A stretch of DNA of 64,000 nt from Basidiobolus meristosporus CBS 931.73. Lineage: Eukaryota; Fungi; Basidiobolomycota. The stretch lies in NCBI GenBank assembly GCA_002104905.1, contig MCFE01000342.1, positions 26,881 to 90,880 on the forward strand. Direction: 5' to 3'. A program made the position numbers and the translations under genes. Positions 24,741 through 37,234 of this stretch are shown here, in pieces. The stretch's first letter is position 1. Every line of letters begins with the position of its first letter. The notes below the pieces were generated by a model. The model did not search any database, was not told the DNA's origin, and saw nothing but the letters and a program-made list of their open reading frames with translations.

Positions 24741-26218
24741 TGCGATCGCTTTGAATCGCTCACATTTGTAATGATCCCGACAACCCTTTTTTTTTGCGAT
24801 CCAAATTGAGCCATTGCAAATCAGTGATCATCAAATTTTTGATATAAGTAATATCAAGGTTGTCTCACATTTGAGACAGAACCCCTATAAATAAACATCC
24901 TGCATATATATACGTCATCTGTAATACCAGTGCAGCTATTGGATCTTTTTTGCACCTACACGATTGCTTGCGTGCTAGCTATGACACCTTGCCCAATCAC
25001 TAGGATCAGGGATTTACTTGCTCAATGGGCAAAATGGGATATTTGATGGCAAATCAGGTAGCTTTTTCAGTAGTCAATGAGCCAATTGGGGGCTGCCAGC
25101 TTCAGGATACTTTTGGACCAATTAACCACTAAGATACCGTCCAATTGGAGTGAGGGTAACCAAAATGGTAAGTATCAGTGTAGTTTATAGTGTGATACAC
25201 ATTTATTTCCATTTACATTAAAGAAACATATCCAAATACCGGATTTTACCTGCCATTATAGCGGTATCTGATCGCGCACATGATGCAAGCATTACGAGTT
25301 GGCGCGATCATCCGCGCCAACCTCATCGTGTCAGACTGTGCCATAGTGTGCAAGATTGTCCCGCATAGTGCAAAATTGTCCAAGAACAATCCTGCCTTCT
25401 GGTAGCTATAATATCGCGCCCGATTGTTCTTTGCAACCGCAGATCGCGCCGCACACCCTGGCACGGTACAATGGAACAAGTCTAATAACCTCTGTGTCCA
25501 AACTGCTGGTGTCTTTGTCAATATGTCACTATGGTAAAAGCTCCTGCTTCTCTAGCTTCCTAGGTGCTCCAAGTGTCTCCAAAGGCCTCTGTTTGTCTTG
25601 TGCACTACCCTGAAAAGCTCCTTGATGGCAGGTCTGAGATGTACTGTTGAAGACAGGTGCAGTGATCAACTGCTAATCAATAAGGGAGAAGTGTTACTGA
25701 TAGAAGGGATGATTTATTGATGAGGGATTGCCTTCCCTTAAATACTTTTCCTGATTGCCAAGTGATTACTAATGACAAGGCTCTAGAATATTCTAGGCAT
25801 CAGTGGATATTCTTGATGACATCACTATGAGCTAAAATATGCCAAGAATGTCCTGGAAGGTTCTAAAAGGCACAGCACATCCAACCAATCAGGAATCAGT
25901 AGTCTGAGACCTGTGCAACATAGAAATACCATATATGGTATTGAAATATTAGGGATGGTAACACAGAACTAGGTCATGTGTCACAGGTACTGACGCGGGT
26001 ACCTGTCTTATGTAGATTCATATACTGATCACAAAGCTGAATAACATCTGGGATAACTAATGCTAATAACTAATCAGGGTAAACATCATATGGGGATAAT
26101 ACTGATAATATGGGCAAAAGAAGAATGGGATAATACTGATAAGATAAAATATGGATAAGTATATCTTAATGACTATATGAATAAACTTGTCTGTGGGAGG
26201 TATGTTAACCCTACCACA

Positions 26219-27431
26219 GCATTCTTGAGTATTATAGTCATGACCCTCTGGAACTTGCTGGTCAGTGTCTTTAGGCCAAAGGGAGCTCCCTGAAGCATCC
26301 ATTGCATATTATTAAAAGTAAAGGCAGCCTTATGCTGATGATCAGGATGGATCTGGAATTGGTGATACGCATCCTTCCAGTCCAATTTGGTAAGTACTTT
26401 TGCACCTGATAGTGAGGAAAATATATCCTGGATTCTTGGAATTTGAAATTTATCATCTTGGAGAAGCTTGTTCAGAGGTCTAGGGTCCAAACAGGGTCTC
26501 TTCAGAGTAAGATTTCCATCAGCATCTTTCTTAGGTGCAAGTGCAAAGGGCTGTTAAATGTTGTGTTGACAGGGGCTTGAGTGATAATTCCATTGTCAGC
26601 CCACTTTTGGACTATTTCATCAACCAAGTGTTGACAAGAATGCGGAATTTGGTATTGCCTCCTCCATGTTGACTCACCAGGTGGGGCTTCTATTGTAACA
26701 ATGGATTCTGGAGTAGTGCAGAAACAATTCCTGGGAATGGCTTGGTTTCTTTCTATGGCCAGCTGAATTTCCAATTTGATTGATTGAGAATACGCTTGAA
26801 AAGCTGGGGTTGACTCCTCTGCTTCCAGATGGGGAGAGTTAATCTGTGGAATGTGATTCATTCTGGGTGTCTGAGACTTTGTGATTCCAGGATATAAAAC
26901 TGGTAGTCCACCTATGTGAAAGACAAGTTTGGTAAAGGTGTCTAGACCAATGACTACCTGAGGTCCATCTGGAATGTCAATAAATTCCATCTGATGGATT
27001 TTAGTTAATGAACCACAGTGTATGCTGATTGGGTTGGTGATACCAATTCTTGGGGCTGAGAGGTCCTCAGCCACAAGCATGATTTTTCCTGATTGCTTTT
27101 CCATTGCCAATCTGAGTTCTTTGACCATATTAGGTGATACAATAGAGTTGGATGATCCAGTATCCAGTAGTGCTAGATATGATTAGCCATTGAGTTTGAG
27201 TAGCACCTCTATAGCTTTTAGCTGCGCAATTGGTTGCTACTTTTCTTGAACAGTTGCAATTTTAGCCGGAATTTCAAAGAGGTTGTGATAATCTTGAACT
27301 GTAAGTTTTTCATATGCTTCCTCATACCCAGTCATATCATTAGTTGAATGATCAGCTAGAATCTGAGCAAATTTTGCCAATGGCGTAGAGTTCTTCTCAG
27401 GATAGGCAGGTGATCTATGTCCCATCTTTCT
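26219..27431 (-). pseudogene. Ty3/gypsy gag end-protease-RT start (host element, segment 1)
   Basis: CRKMGHRSPA zinc-knuckle remnant, VVIGLD, WRRQYQIP...FNSPL, DPRPLN, DWKDAYHQF, PFGLK. Confidence 0.85.
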
Positions 27432-29463
27432 GCAACCTGTAGCTGAACACACTGGGATATGGAAGTCTATTGGAGCTACTAAACCTAGTACTCCAAGCTT
27501 GCTCTAAGTCATTCATACCCTCTGCAAGGTGGTTCTCCATTGCTGTCAGCTGCAAATGAAGCTTCTAGGACTTTTGTTGCCATGGATGGTGGGATGAAGC
27601 CTTGTAGGGCAATAGTTCTTGTAATAGCAGAGAAGCTTAACAAGGGATCTCCTTGAGGAGATTGGGGTAGATGGACCACAGTACTTGGTATAGATCTCCT
27701 CTAGTGTCTGAACAGGAAATCCAGTGGTAGTGATTTGATTAATGAGAACAGACAATTTAGATGAGTAAGTCATTTTGAATTGGAAAGGATTGGGCTGAGT
27801 TTCTTTGATTCAATTTAGCACAATCAGCTTTATTTATTTAATTTTCCATGCATTATGATTGAATCTCCATCAATTGCCATGTTTCCCATCATTATGTTGC
27901 AAAAATCATCCTCAAACAATGACTTAGTATTTTTATTGATGTTTTACTCACAGGTCTATAATCAAATAGGAAATCTGCAATTGATGTGATTTGATCCGTG
28001 TCAATGCAATCCAAGATGCATCATGCATAATATATGGAAAATTCAACAATCACATTAGTTTTCATATATATTTCATAAAAGACCAGGTTGATGCCAATAC
28101 ACCACTGTATAAGTATTCAAATCCATCACTATGGTCACTATACCAAGTCTCAACTCAGCTTTAGTTCAGCCCAGACAAAACCCATCCCCCAGCTCACAAG
28201 CACAGTCTGGACCGGAAAGGCAATGTTGTATCCATTTGAGTTCTTGCCAAATGATTTTAGTATGGCCCAAACGTCTACAATGAGCATTCATACAGATATT
28301 TGGGCACTACACATTAATCTAGCGGAACTAGATACCTAGGAGAGTCAACAGAGATGAAAGAATCTGAGTAGAAAGCTGTGGCATGAGTTCTACATCAAGA
28401 TGTCAGTGATGCATATAAGAAGATATATAATAGAACAAGTATTCAAGTCAAGAATGAGCTGAGAGTGAGGGGACTTGATGAGGAAGCCATGCAGGAACAA
28501 TTTTGCGCGCAATTTGTACAGTATGGGCTGGACATGTCTGTTTGTGCCTTGACTTTGGGAACCTAAGAGATTTTGAATGAGTTTTTGCCTCAAATGACTT
28601 ATGTATTATGTGATATATTAGTAGAACTAAGTGGCTTCTGCAAGCAATATACACAGCACTCATACAGGCAACAGTTGCAAAGTATTAGACGGAGGGTAAG
28701 TAAATACCTTGAGGAATCAAATGGTGGCTTCAAGAGGAGGAATACAGACTGCAAGCAACATTCTCTAGATAGCACCAGCATGCCTTGCTTGATTCCTTAC
28801 AATCCCTTGCAACTTCAGTGTGCCAGCGCATGTTAGTCCACACTATGCCAAGACCCTTCACAATAGCACCTTAAACACCCTGCATATGTATACATCATCT
28901 GTGGCACCAGTGCAGCCATTGGATTTGATTTGCACCCAAACAAATGGTAGCATGATAGCATTGACACCTTGTCCAATCACTAGGATCAAGGATTTACTTG
29001 CTAAATGGGCAAAATGGGATATTTGATGGCAAATCAGGTAGCTTGTGTATTGGTCAAAGAGCCAATTGGGGGCTGAAGGCTCCAGGATACTTTTGGACCA
29101 ATTAACCACTGAGATACCATCCAATTGGAGTGATAGTAACCAAAATGGTAAGTATCAGTGTATTTTGTAGTGTGATAAGCATTTATTTCCATTTCCATTA
29201 AAGAAACATATCCAAATACCAGATTTTACCTACCATAATAGCGGTATCCAATTGCACATGTGATGTAAACATTACAAGTGGGCACAATTGTTTGTGCCAA
29301 CCTCATTGTGTCAGATTGTGTCATAATGTGCAAGATTGTCCCACATGGTGCAAAATTGTCCAAGAGCAATTCTGCCTACTAGTAGCTACAATATTACACC
29401 CAATTGTTCTTAGAGACTGTGGATTATGCCACATCCCCTGGCATGGTACAATGGAACAAGTCT
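27432..29463. mobile_element. PHIS element copy 2: left-truncated, internally deleted, CpG-decayed
   Basis: Collinear with 19180-20241/23863-24230/24890-25483. Right TIR ggaacaagtct is followed by AAT (29464-29466). Confidence 0.92.
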
Positions 29464-32400
29464 AATATATTCCTTCTCCCTGATGGATTCTAGCCCACTT
29501 ATAGGTGCACTATAGCTCTTGTTTGGGTGAATTCTATATTAAATGGTGTAGAAATTGGCTCATGACTAAGAGAAATCTGGCATACCTTAGTAGTGCTTTG
29601 CAGATCAAAATTAGTTGCTTGTTGTACCTAACCCAACTTTGCATTATCAATTACCCACACACTGGGACTGCTTAGCTTCTTAATGCCATAGGCATAGGTG
29701 TCCCATGTGCACATCTGTCCTCAGTATTTTCAAACTCATCCTGGCTGTGTTACAAGTCTTGGTATAAGAGTTGTAGAGGAATAGGGAGTTTAGCTAGTAT
29801 TGTATTTACTAAAACTTGAACCAATTTTTATTGAGGTTCCAGCAGCTCCTTAAATACATTTTGCCAGATCAATTGCAGACTAATTGTATTTCCTAATGTA
29901 GGTTGTGGCTGATGACTCATTTGATTGCATCAACATCACCCAATAAGATCCTACTTAATAAATCTATTTCTGTCTGATAAGGATCAGCTGATTCATTTGC
30001 TGACTAATGCTACTGACTTCATAGATAATACTGATACACTGATAACCTAAACATATACTAATTGATTTTGACTAAATACTGATCTAACATAAACCTTCAA
30101 GCGGCAGATCATAACATTCTCCCCTACTAAAGTTGAGAGGGTTCTCCTGAGTCTCTTTTCTTGTGATACCAATATCTTGATGGTTCAGTATTATCAGCAA
30201 GTCTTGCAAGCTTGAGTCTGTCCCTATGCACTAAGTCTTCCTGGATATTGCCTTGTTTGTCCACCAGTTGGTAAGTTGCAAATGGACATTCTCTGATGAT
30301 CTTGAATGGACCTGTCCATTGTGGCTCAAACTTCTTCCAAGTGTTGTTTCTTGGCAATACAAAGTTCCCAACTGTCAATGCTTCTGGTGCTATAGTCTTA
30401 TCAAATCTCTGCTTCATTTTTTCTGCACTTTGAGATACTTTGGTCCGTGCCTCTTGACGTCTTTGTTCCAGTTGCTGGTGACTACTTGGCTGACTAAGTT
30501 CATCTTCTAAGGCATCTGTAAGCTTGGGTTGTGTGAGATCTCCTGGAATCCTTGGTTCACATCCATACACTAAGTAAAATGGTAATTGCTGGGTGGTGTT
30601 GTGTACTCTGACTCTGCATGCAAAGAGTACTTGGTCTATATACTCATCCCATCTACTGACAACTCCATTTGCATACTTGGTCAGCATTTTTCCAAATAAT
30701 CCATTAAACCGCTCAGTTACTCCATTAGTTCTGGGATGAAATGCCAAGGTTTTCAAGTGTCTGATCTACTGCATTTCCAGGTAAGCCTCTAATGTCTTTG
30801 CCATGAGGTTTGCTCCTCTATCAGATAAGATCTCCACAGGGCATCCAAACTTCATCAGGATCTCATGGTAAATGAAACTTGCAACTTTTTGTTCACTGGC
30901 TATTGGTACAGCTTAAGCAACTGGCCATTTAGTGGCATGGTCAATTGCTACTAGGATCCAATGGTTGCATTTCCTGGTAGCTGGCAGTCTTCCAATAAAA
31001 TCAATTTGCCATCTTTCAAATGGTCTTACAGGCTCCAAGGGAAAGAGTTTGGCAATTCTCTGTGATTGTTCTGCTGAGTTCAGTTTCTTGGATTCAAAGG
31101 CAACAGGGTAGTCCTTCCCCTTGTGTTCTTGGCTCAGCACTCCACCAATTGCATAATCTGAAGCATCTGTGCACAGAGTGAACTCTTTTCTGAAGTCTGG
31201 TATTCTTAAGCTTGGCAGCTTAGCAAGCTCATTCTTGAGCGTCTGGAAGGCGGTCTCACAAGCTATGCCCCACTGGTAGGTATTGTCTTTCTTGAGGATA
31301 TCAGTTAAAGGGGCTGCAATACTTGCAAGTGACTTGACAAATCTGCAACAATAGGAAACCATTCCAAGAAACGATCTGAGCTCTGATATGCTATGGGGCT
31401 GCTTCAACTTCTTGATTACTTCCACCTTCTTGGGGTCTAAGGTTACTCCTGTGCTAGTCACTATGTGTCCCAGATATTCTACATGTTCCTTGAGGAATTC
31501 ACACTTGGGTAGCTTGCCATAAAGCTAGTTCTCTCTTAGCTTCTTCAAGACCTTTGCAATGTGCACTAAGTGATCCTCTTCTGTCTTGCTGTATATCAGT
31601 ATATCATCTAGGTGGATTATGACAAACTTGTCTAAGTACTCCTGGAGGACAGTCTGCATCAGGGTCATGAAAGTTGCAAGGGCATTGGTGAGACCAAACC
31701 ACATGACTAAGTACTTGTAATGTCCATATCTGGTCCTAAATGCTGTCTTAGGAATATCTTTTGGTTTCACCCTAATTTGGTTGTATCCTGACATGAGGTC
31801 AATCTTGCTGAAAATGGTGGCTCCATTAAGTTGGTCCAAAAGCTCATCTATCCAAGGTATGGGGTACTTATTCTTGACGGTAACTGAGTTCCGGGCTCTG
31901 TAGTCAATGCACATCCTAAGTGTTCCATCCTTCTTTTTCACAAAAAGCACTGGTACTCCCCAGGGTGACTTGCTGGGCCAGATGTATCCTTGCTCCAATA
32001 GCTGATCAATTTGTCTCTTCATTTCCTCTAATTCCAATGGACTCATTCTGTAAGATGTCTTGCTCACTGGAGGGCTATCTCCTGTGTCAATGGCATGATC
32101 CACCTCTCTGACTGGTGGTAGGCTTACAAGCTCATCTGGAAACACGTCCTAATATTTCTTCAAGAGAGTCTGGACCTGCTGGGGTGCTGGGGTAGAGGAA
32201 TCCTCCTGTAAAACCGCCATGAGGAACATCTGAGTACCTTTTCTAGGTACTCTACAGAACTGGGTCTTGCTAAGTTCACTTGTCTCACACATACTGGAAT
32301 TGACCAAGTTAAAATCCAGCCTGGCAGGTAATTGCTCATAGGACTTGTTGTCTTTTTGGATCTGCGTAGCATGGGTTCTCCAGTTGATTGATGGATTACA

Positions 32401-34620
32401 ACAAAATAGCCAGGTTTTTCCATGTACAAGGTCAAACTTGCAGTTCCCAAATATATAAGCCTGTAGGTCTTCTTCATAGTCATTGATCTTCATTCTTACT
32501 GGCTGGGTAATACGGTTGATTATGTGGGAGTTCCCATCAGCTGTGGAGACTGAAGTTGATTTGGTAGGTTCTGAGTTGATTCCAGCTTTCAAAGCATATT
32601 GCTCTGACATGTACTCATGCAATGCTCCTGAGTCAATCATGATCTTGGCAGGTACTCCATTGATTACTCCATTCAAGTACAATAACTTCCCTGAGTTTGA
32701 AGTCATTTGGGACAAGTACTCTTCCATCACATAAAAGGTGAGTTCTGAGTCTTCTTCAAGCTCATCTTCCACATTACTGTGTTCATGGGACTCAATATGG
32801 TTGAAGGTTCTTGTTGGCTGGTGTCCATTTCTTTTCTGAGGGCAGTACTTTGCAATATGTCCCTGCTGGTGGCAATTGAAGCAAAGTCCTCTCTTCTTGC
32901 ATTCTTCTGCATAGCATCTATTTCCGTTGGTACTGCTTCTGATTATCTTCTTTCATAATGATTATAGCCTTTCTGATTAGTCACTGTAGGCTTAGCAACT
33001 CCAAACATAGCTGAATCATAGTCAATGGTAATCTTGATGGCTTCTTCAATAGTCTGAGGTCTTTGGTAATTCACTTCCTTTGGGTTCTTTCTTTCAACCC
33101 ATCAATAAAGTATTCAACTTGATCCAAAGGGTCCATTCTTTCAATTTGTCCAAGTAGATATCTGTACTCATAGATGTATTCTTGCACCATTCCTGTCTGT
33201 CTGAGTGTCTTTAACTTCCTTCTTAGTAGTGTTTGCTGGTGTGCAGGTTCAGAAGCATCCTGAATTTCCAACACAAACTCATCCCAGGTAGAGATTGTAG
33301 AGCATCCCATCATAGTAGCTGACCTGATCTTGTTGTGGTACCACTGTAAAGCTGCATCTGCCAGGTAAGAGGCTGCATAATGCAACTTGCTCTCTGGAGC
33401 AATTCCTTTAACTTTAAAAGCTTCTTCAATCTGAAAGTGCCAAGTTCCCAGGTTTTCATTGACTCTGCCATGGTACTGGTTGACCCTCACCCTAAAGTTG
33501 CTCTTGACAGGGCTTTGCTGGCTCTGAGCCATGGTAGTCATTCCTTGTTGCTGTTGGCTGAGGATCTGGAGTAATTGTTGCTGTTGGGCCAGGATTTGCT
33601 GCATGGCATTCTTCCATTCTTGATTGTCCAACATCTTGAGGGTGGTTTCTTCTTTCTTCAGGAGGGAGGTTTCTGGTTATCGCTGCTACAAATGTTACAA
33701 GTCTTGGTATAAGAGTTGTAGAGGAATAGGGAGTTTAGATAGTATTGTATTCACTAAAACTTGAACTGATTTTTATTGAGGTTCTAGCAGCTCCTTATAT
33801 ACATTTTGCCAGATCAATTGCTGACTGATTGTATTTCCTAATGTAGGTTGTGGCTGATGACTCATTTGATTGCATCAACATCACCCAATAAGATCCTACT
33901 TAATAAATCTATTTCTGTCTGATAAGGATCTGCTGATTCATTTGCTGACTAATGCCACTGATTTATAGATAATACTGATATACTGATAACCTCAACATAT
34001 ACTAATTGATTTTGACTAAGAACTGATCTAACTTAAACATTCAAGCGGCAAATTATAACAGCTGTGCTCTGTGTGCCAACTCATTACATCCATGAAAGAC
34101 TTGAAAGTAATATTCATAACGAGAATGGAATATGAGAGTACCTATGACTTCATCTGTTTTCCCATCTCATCACACATCTGCTCCATAGGAAGCTCCCAAA
34201 AGGTGAAGCAAGGTCCAATATTCTCAATGCACCAAGTAAGATGAAGTAGCAAATGGCTACAGTAGCAGATGAGATCTATGCATTCAGCTTTATGGCGGTA
34301 GTATAACCACTCCAATTCTGTCACAAACTCTTTGCACAAAACCTGTGGATACATCAAGTTGGCATTGGTGATCCACTTGTGAATAAATACTTCTAAAATT
34401 TCCACATATAACTCCTGTTGCTTCCAATATATTCTTGGTAGTAATGGCTTCCAAAGACCATTTGAATAAATGCACATCCAGTCCATTGGGTCCATGCACT
34501 TGCGTTGTTGCATATGCATACAAATGCTGATTGGAGTCCTTGTGAAGTACTTAGAGTAACAGATATTTTGTAGTATCTTGCTAATTCTTTCAAGTCTCTC
34601 CAGTATCTCCAAGGGCTCAT
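29464..34620 (-). pseudogene. CACTA-like transposase C-terminal region split by a gypsy element (29464-29747 plus 34061-34620)
   Basis: HLLLHL..CI.NIGP...FW..PME.MC (34142..34630). Beyond the GCTG TSD the minus strand continues to YKWARI. Confidence 0.7.
29748..34060 (-). mobile_element. Ty3/gypsy element G2 copy A (LTRs 29748-30116 and 33693-34060, GCTG TSD), defective
   Basis: gag retrotrans motif, CCHC, PR IDSGA, RT HLDD, RNaseH fused by deletion to the INT core, PPT, iMet-type PBS. LTRs are about 93% alike by eye. Confidence 0.93.
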
Positions 34621-34622
34621 TT

Positions 34623-34880
34623 TGTTGCAATACTCTGAGGAGTATTGGAAGTGATGTGGAGAACTAGAGGACTTACATGTTATTCACTAGTAGATTTATT
34701 GATCAAAGTATGGTATTTATACTTTTGATAAAGTAGAGCAAACAAATTTGTAGAGTTTGTTAAGGAATGTCCCAAGAATATGTGTGCAAAGTTTTGGGGC
34801 TTTTGGACAACGCTAAGAAATATCATAATCTGGGTACCTAATAATTTGTTAGCATGAAAGTTTAGGTGACAACTTAATAA
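34623..34880 (-). repeat. Partial copia LTR, subfamily B
   Basis: The reverse complement matches LTR 15430-15778 (…cctcagaatattgcaaca). Confidence 0.85.
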
Positions 34881-34899
34881 TTACAACAATATCTTGAAT

Positions 34900-36880
34900 T
34901 GATGGGTTTTGAACCAACTCAATGGAGACACCATACTCAGTAATATTGACCTCAAACCAGGATATATCCAGATTATGATGAAACCAGCAGATATCCCCAA
35001 TACAATGTCCAGGATCAGATATGGATATAATGAATACTTAGTTGTAAGTTTTGGCCTCACCAATGACATTCATGACCTTGATGCAAACAGTCTTCCAGGA
35101 GCACTTAGACAAGCTTGTTGTAATCTACTTAGATGTGATACTGATTTAAACCAAGACAGAAGAGGACCACTTGAGGCAGATTGATAAGGTCCACAAGAAG
35201 CTAACAGAGTGCAAACTATACGGCAAGCTAGGAAAGTGTGAGCTCTTCAAGGAACACATTGAGTGTCTGGGACTGATAGTAACTAGTACAGGAGTGATCT
35301 TAGACCCAAAGAAAGTGGAAGTTATCAAGAATCCAAGGCAGCCCTACAGTAATTTGGAGCTCAGCTCATTTCTTGGAAAGGCTTACTATAGCTTGAGACT
35401 TGTCAAGTCCATTGCAAGTGTTACAGCCCTTTGACTGATATTCTCCAGAAAGACAACACCTTTAAGTGGGATATAGCCTATCAGTTTGCCTTTTAGATGC
35501 ACAAGAATGAGCTGACCAAGCTGCCAAGCTAAAAATACCTGACTTCAGGAAAGAGTTTACCCTCTGCACAGATGCCTCAGATTATGTAATTGGTGGACAA
35601 CTGGGCTAATAACATGAAGGAAAGGAATACCCAGCTGTTTTTGAATCCAAGAGGTTGAACTCTGCAGAACAAAACTATCCAGTGCTTGGGAAGGAGATGC
35701 TTGCCTTAATATAGGGCTTAAAGACATAGAGATGCTACATTAAGGGAGTCAAGTGCGCTGTGAAGACTGATCATACCTCACTCAAGTATTTATTTACTCA
35801 GAGGGTACTATCTCAAAGAATGACAAGATGGAGTGAATATACTCAGCAATTAGGCCTGGAAATTGTCTACTGCCTTGGGAAAGATAATACATTGCTGACA
35901 CCTTGTCAAGACTGGAGCAAGTTGCTCAACCCAACCAGGTGCATGAGACAGATTGGCCTAGCCAATTATCAAGGCACTTAGGTGACCATGTCATTCTTGA
36001 TGAGCTGGATGAAAATATATAGAAACTATCTTGGATGAAGCTAGCAAATTTGTAACACAGGATGAAACACTCCACTAAGTTGATGATGGAAGCCCTATTA
36101 CCTATTGCCCCATATTGCTTGCCTGGATTAAATATACAATCTAAACAATGGATATGGACAACTTGGAATTGAAGGAATCTATAGCCCTATAAAAGCTAGA
36201 GCATAGTGGCCCCAAATGAAGCAAGATATTAAAGCTAGTGAAAACATGCCCAAGTTGCAAAATCCACCAAGGTTAACCACAAAGTAAGCTGAAATCTTTC
36301 ACTTTGAGCTTCCAAGACCATATGAGAGATGCATTATTGACTTGACTGGAACACTGCCAACTACTAGGAAATGCAATTGGTGAGCTCTAGTAGTAAGTGA
36401 CCATGCTACCAAATTAGCAGTGGTCAGAGCTTTACCAGTTACCTGTGAACAAGAAGCTGCAAGCTTCATCTGCCATGAGATCCTGATAAATCTTGTATGC
36501 CCTGTGAAGATCCTGTCTGATAGAGGAGCAAACTTTATGGCAAGAACATTTGAAGACTGCCTGTATATGCAGCAGATCCAAAATTTGAGAATTTTGACAT
36601 ATCACCCTCTAACCAATGGTGTCACTTAGAGGTTAAATGCACTGCTTGGAAAAATACTGACCAAGTATGCGAATGAAGCTGCAAATGGGTGGGTCAGTCA
36701 TATCAGTCAAGTACTGTGTGCCTGCACAGTCAGGATGCACAACACTACCTAACAATTGCCATTTTACTTAGTGTATAGATGTGAGCCATGGACTCCAGGA
36801 GACCTCACACAGACAACATTCAACAACAACTTGAACAACAAACTCACTCAGCCTAGTAGATTCCAGCAATTGGAGCAATA
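34900..36880 (+). pseudogene. Older G2-related gypsy RT-RNaseH-INT remnant
   Basis: QLNGDTILSNIDL, FGLTN, KTDHTSLKY, ILSDRGANF. Many stops. Confidence 0.85.
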
Positions 36881-37215
36881 GTGCTCTTGCTGGTTCCCAA
36901 CCTAACCCCACCACTGACAGCAGCAGAAGAACAGTTTGACAACAGCTTGCTTTGACATTCAGTGCAACAAGTGGGGCTACAACCAAAGAAAGTCCCTGTG
37001 GACAATGTGCCCACTGAAGTAAGTAATGCAGACTCCTCATGCTCTCAGTCAAGTAGGCTACTGGAATCTCTGTGGAGCCGCAAGCTGCCCATGTTGCTGA
37101 GGCATATTAAGTGTTGCAGAATGGTACCTTTGTTTGAAGGCCAGCAAGTGGCTGTCATAACATCTATACCACCTATATTAGCAAGCATTGTCAGCTCAAA
37201 CCAAAGCATCAATGA
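36880..37215 (+). pseudogene. Fragment of CACTA-like ORF2
   Basis: Homologous to 5630-5960. Confidence 0.8.
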
Positions 37216-37234
37216 GGCAATTGTTTTGATCTAC

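Larger units (their letters stand above)
18453..25483. mobile_element. Complete PHIS-superfamily (ISL2EU/Pangu-like) DNA transposon, about 3.4 kb without the nested LTR element
   Basis: TIRs AGACTTGTTCC(G/A)TTG..GTGCCA. AAT duplicated at 18450-18452 and 25484-25486, confirmed by the empty-site LTR. Contains a DDE transposase and a divergent ORF2. Confidence 0.9.
18381..26218 (-). repeat. Solo LTR of the 804-bp family, split by the PHIS element (18381-18452 plus 25484-26218)
   Basis: The two pieces joined at AAT reproduce the reverse complement of LTR 20242-21045. Removing the LTR restores gypsy RT ILKNAPYALVFVDD. Confidence 0.93.

Noticed and set aside
24900-25270. Third ORF in the PHIS right arm
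   Set aside because: Both candidate frames have several stops in copy 1. The plus-frame stops recur in the other copies, and the differences between copies do not look synonymous-biased.
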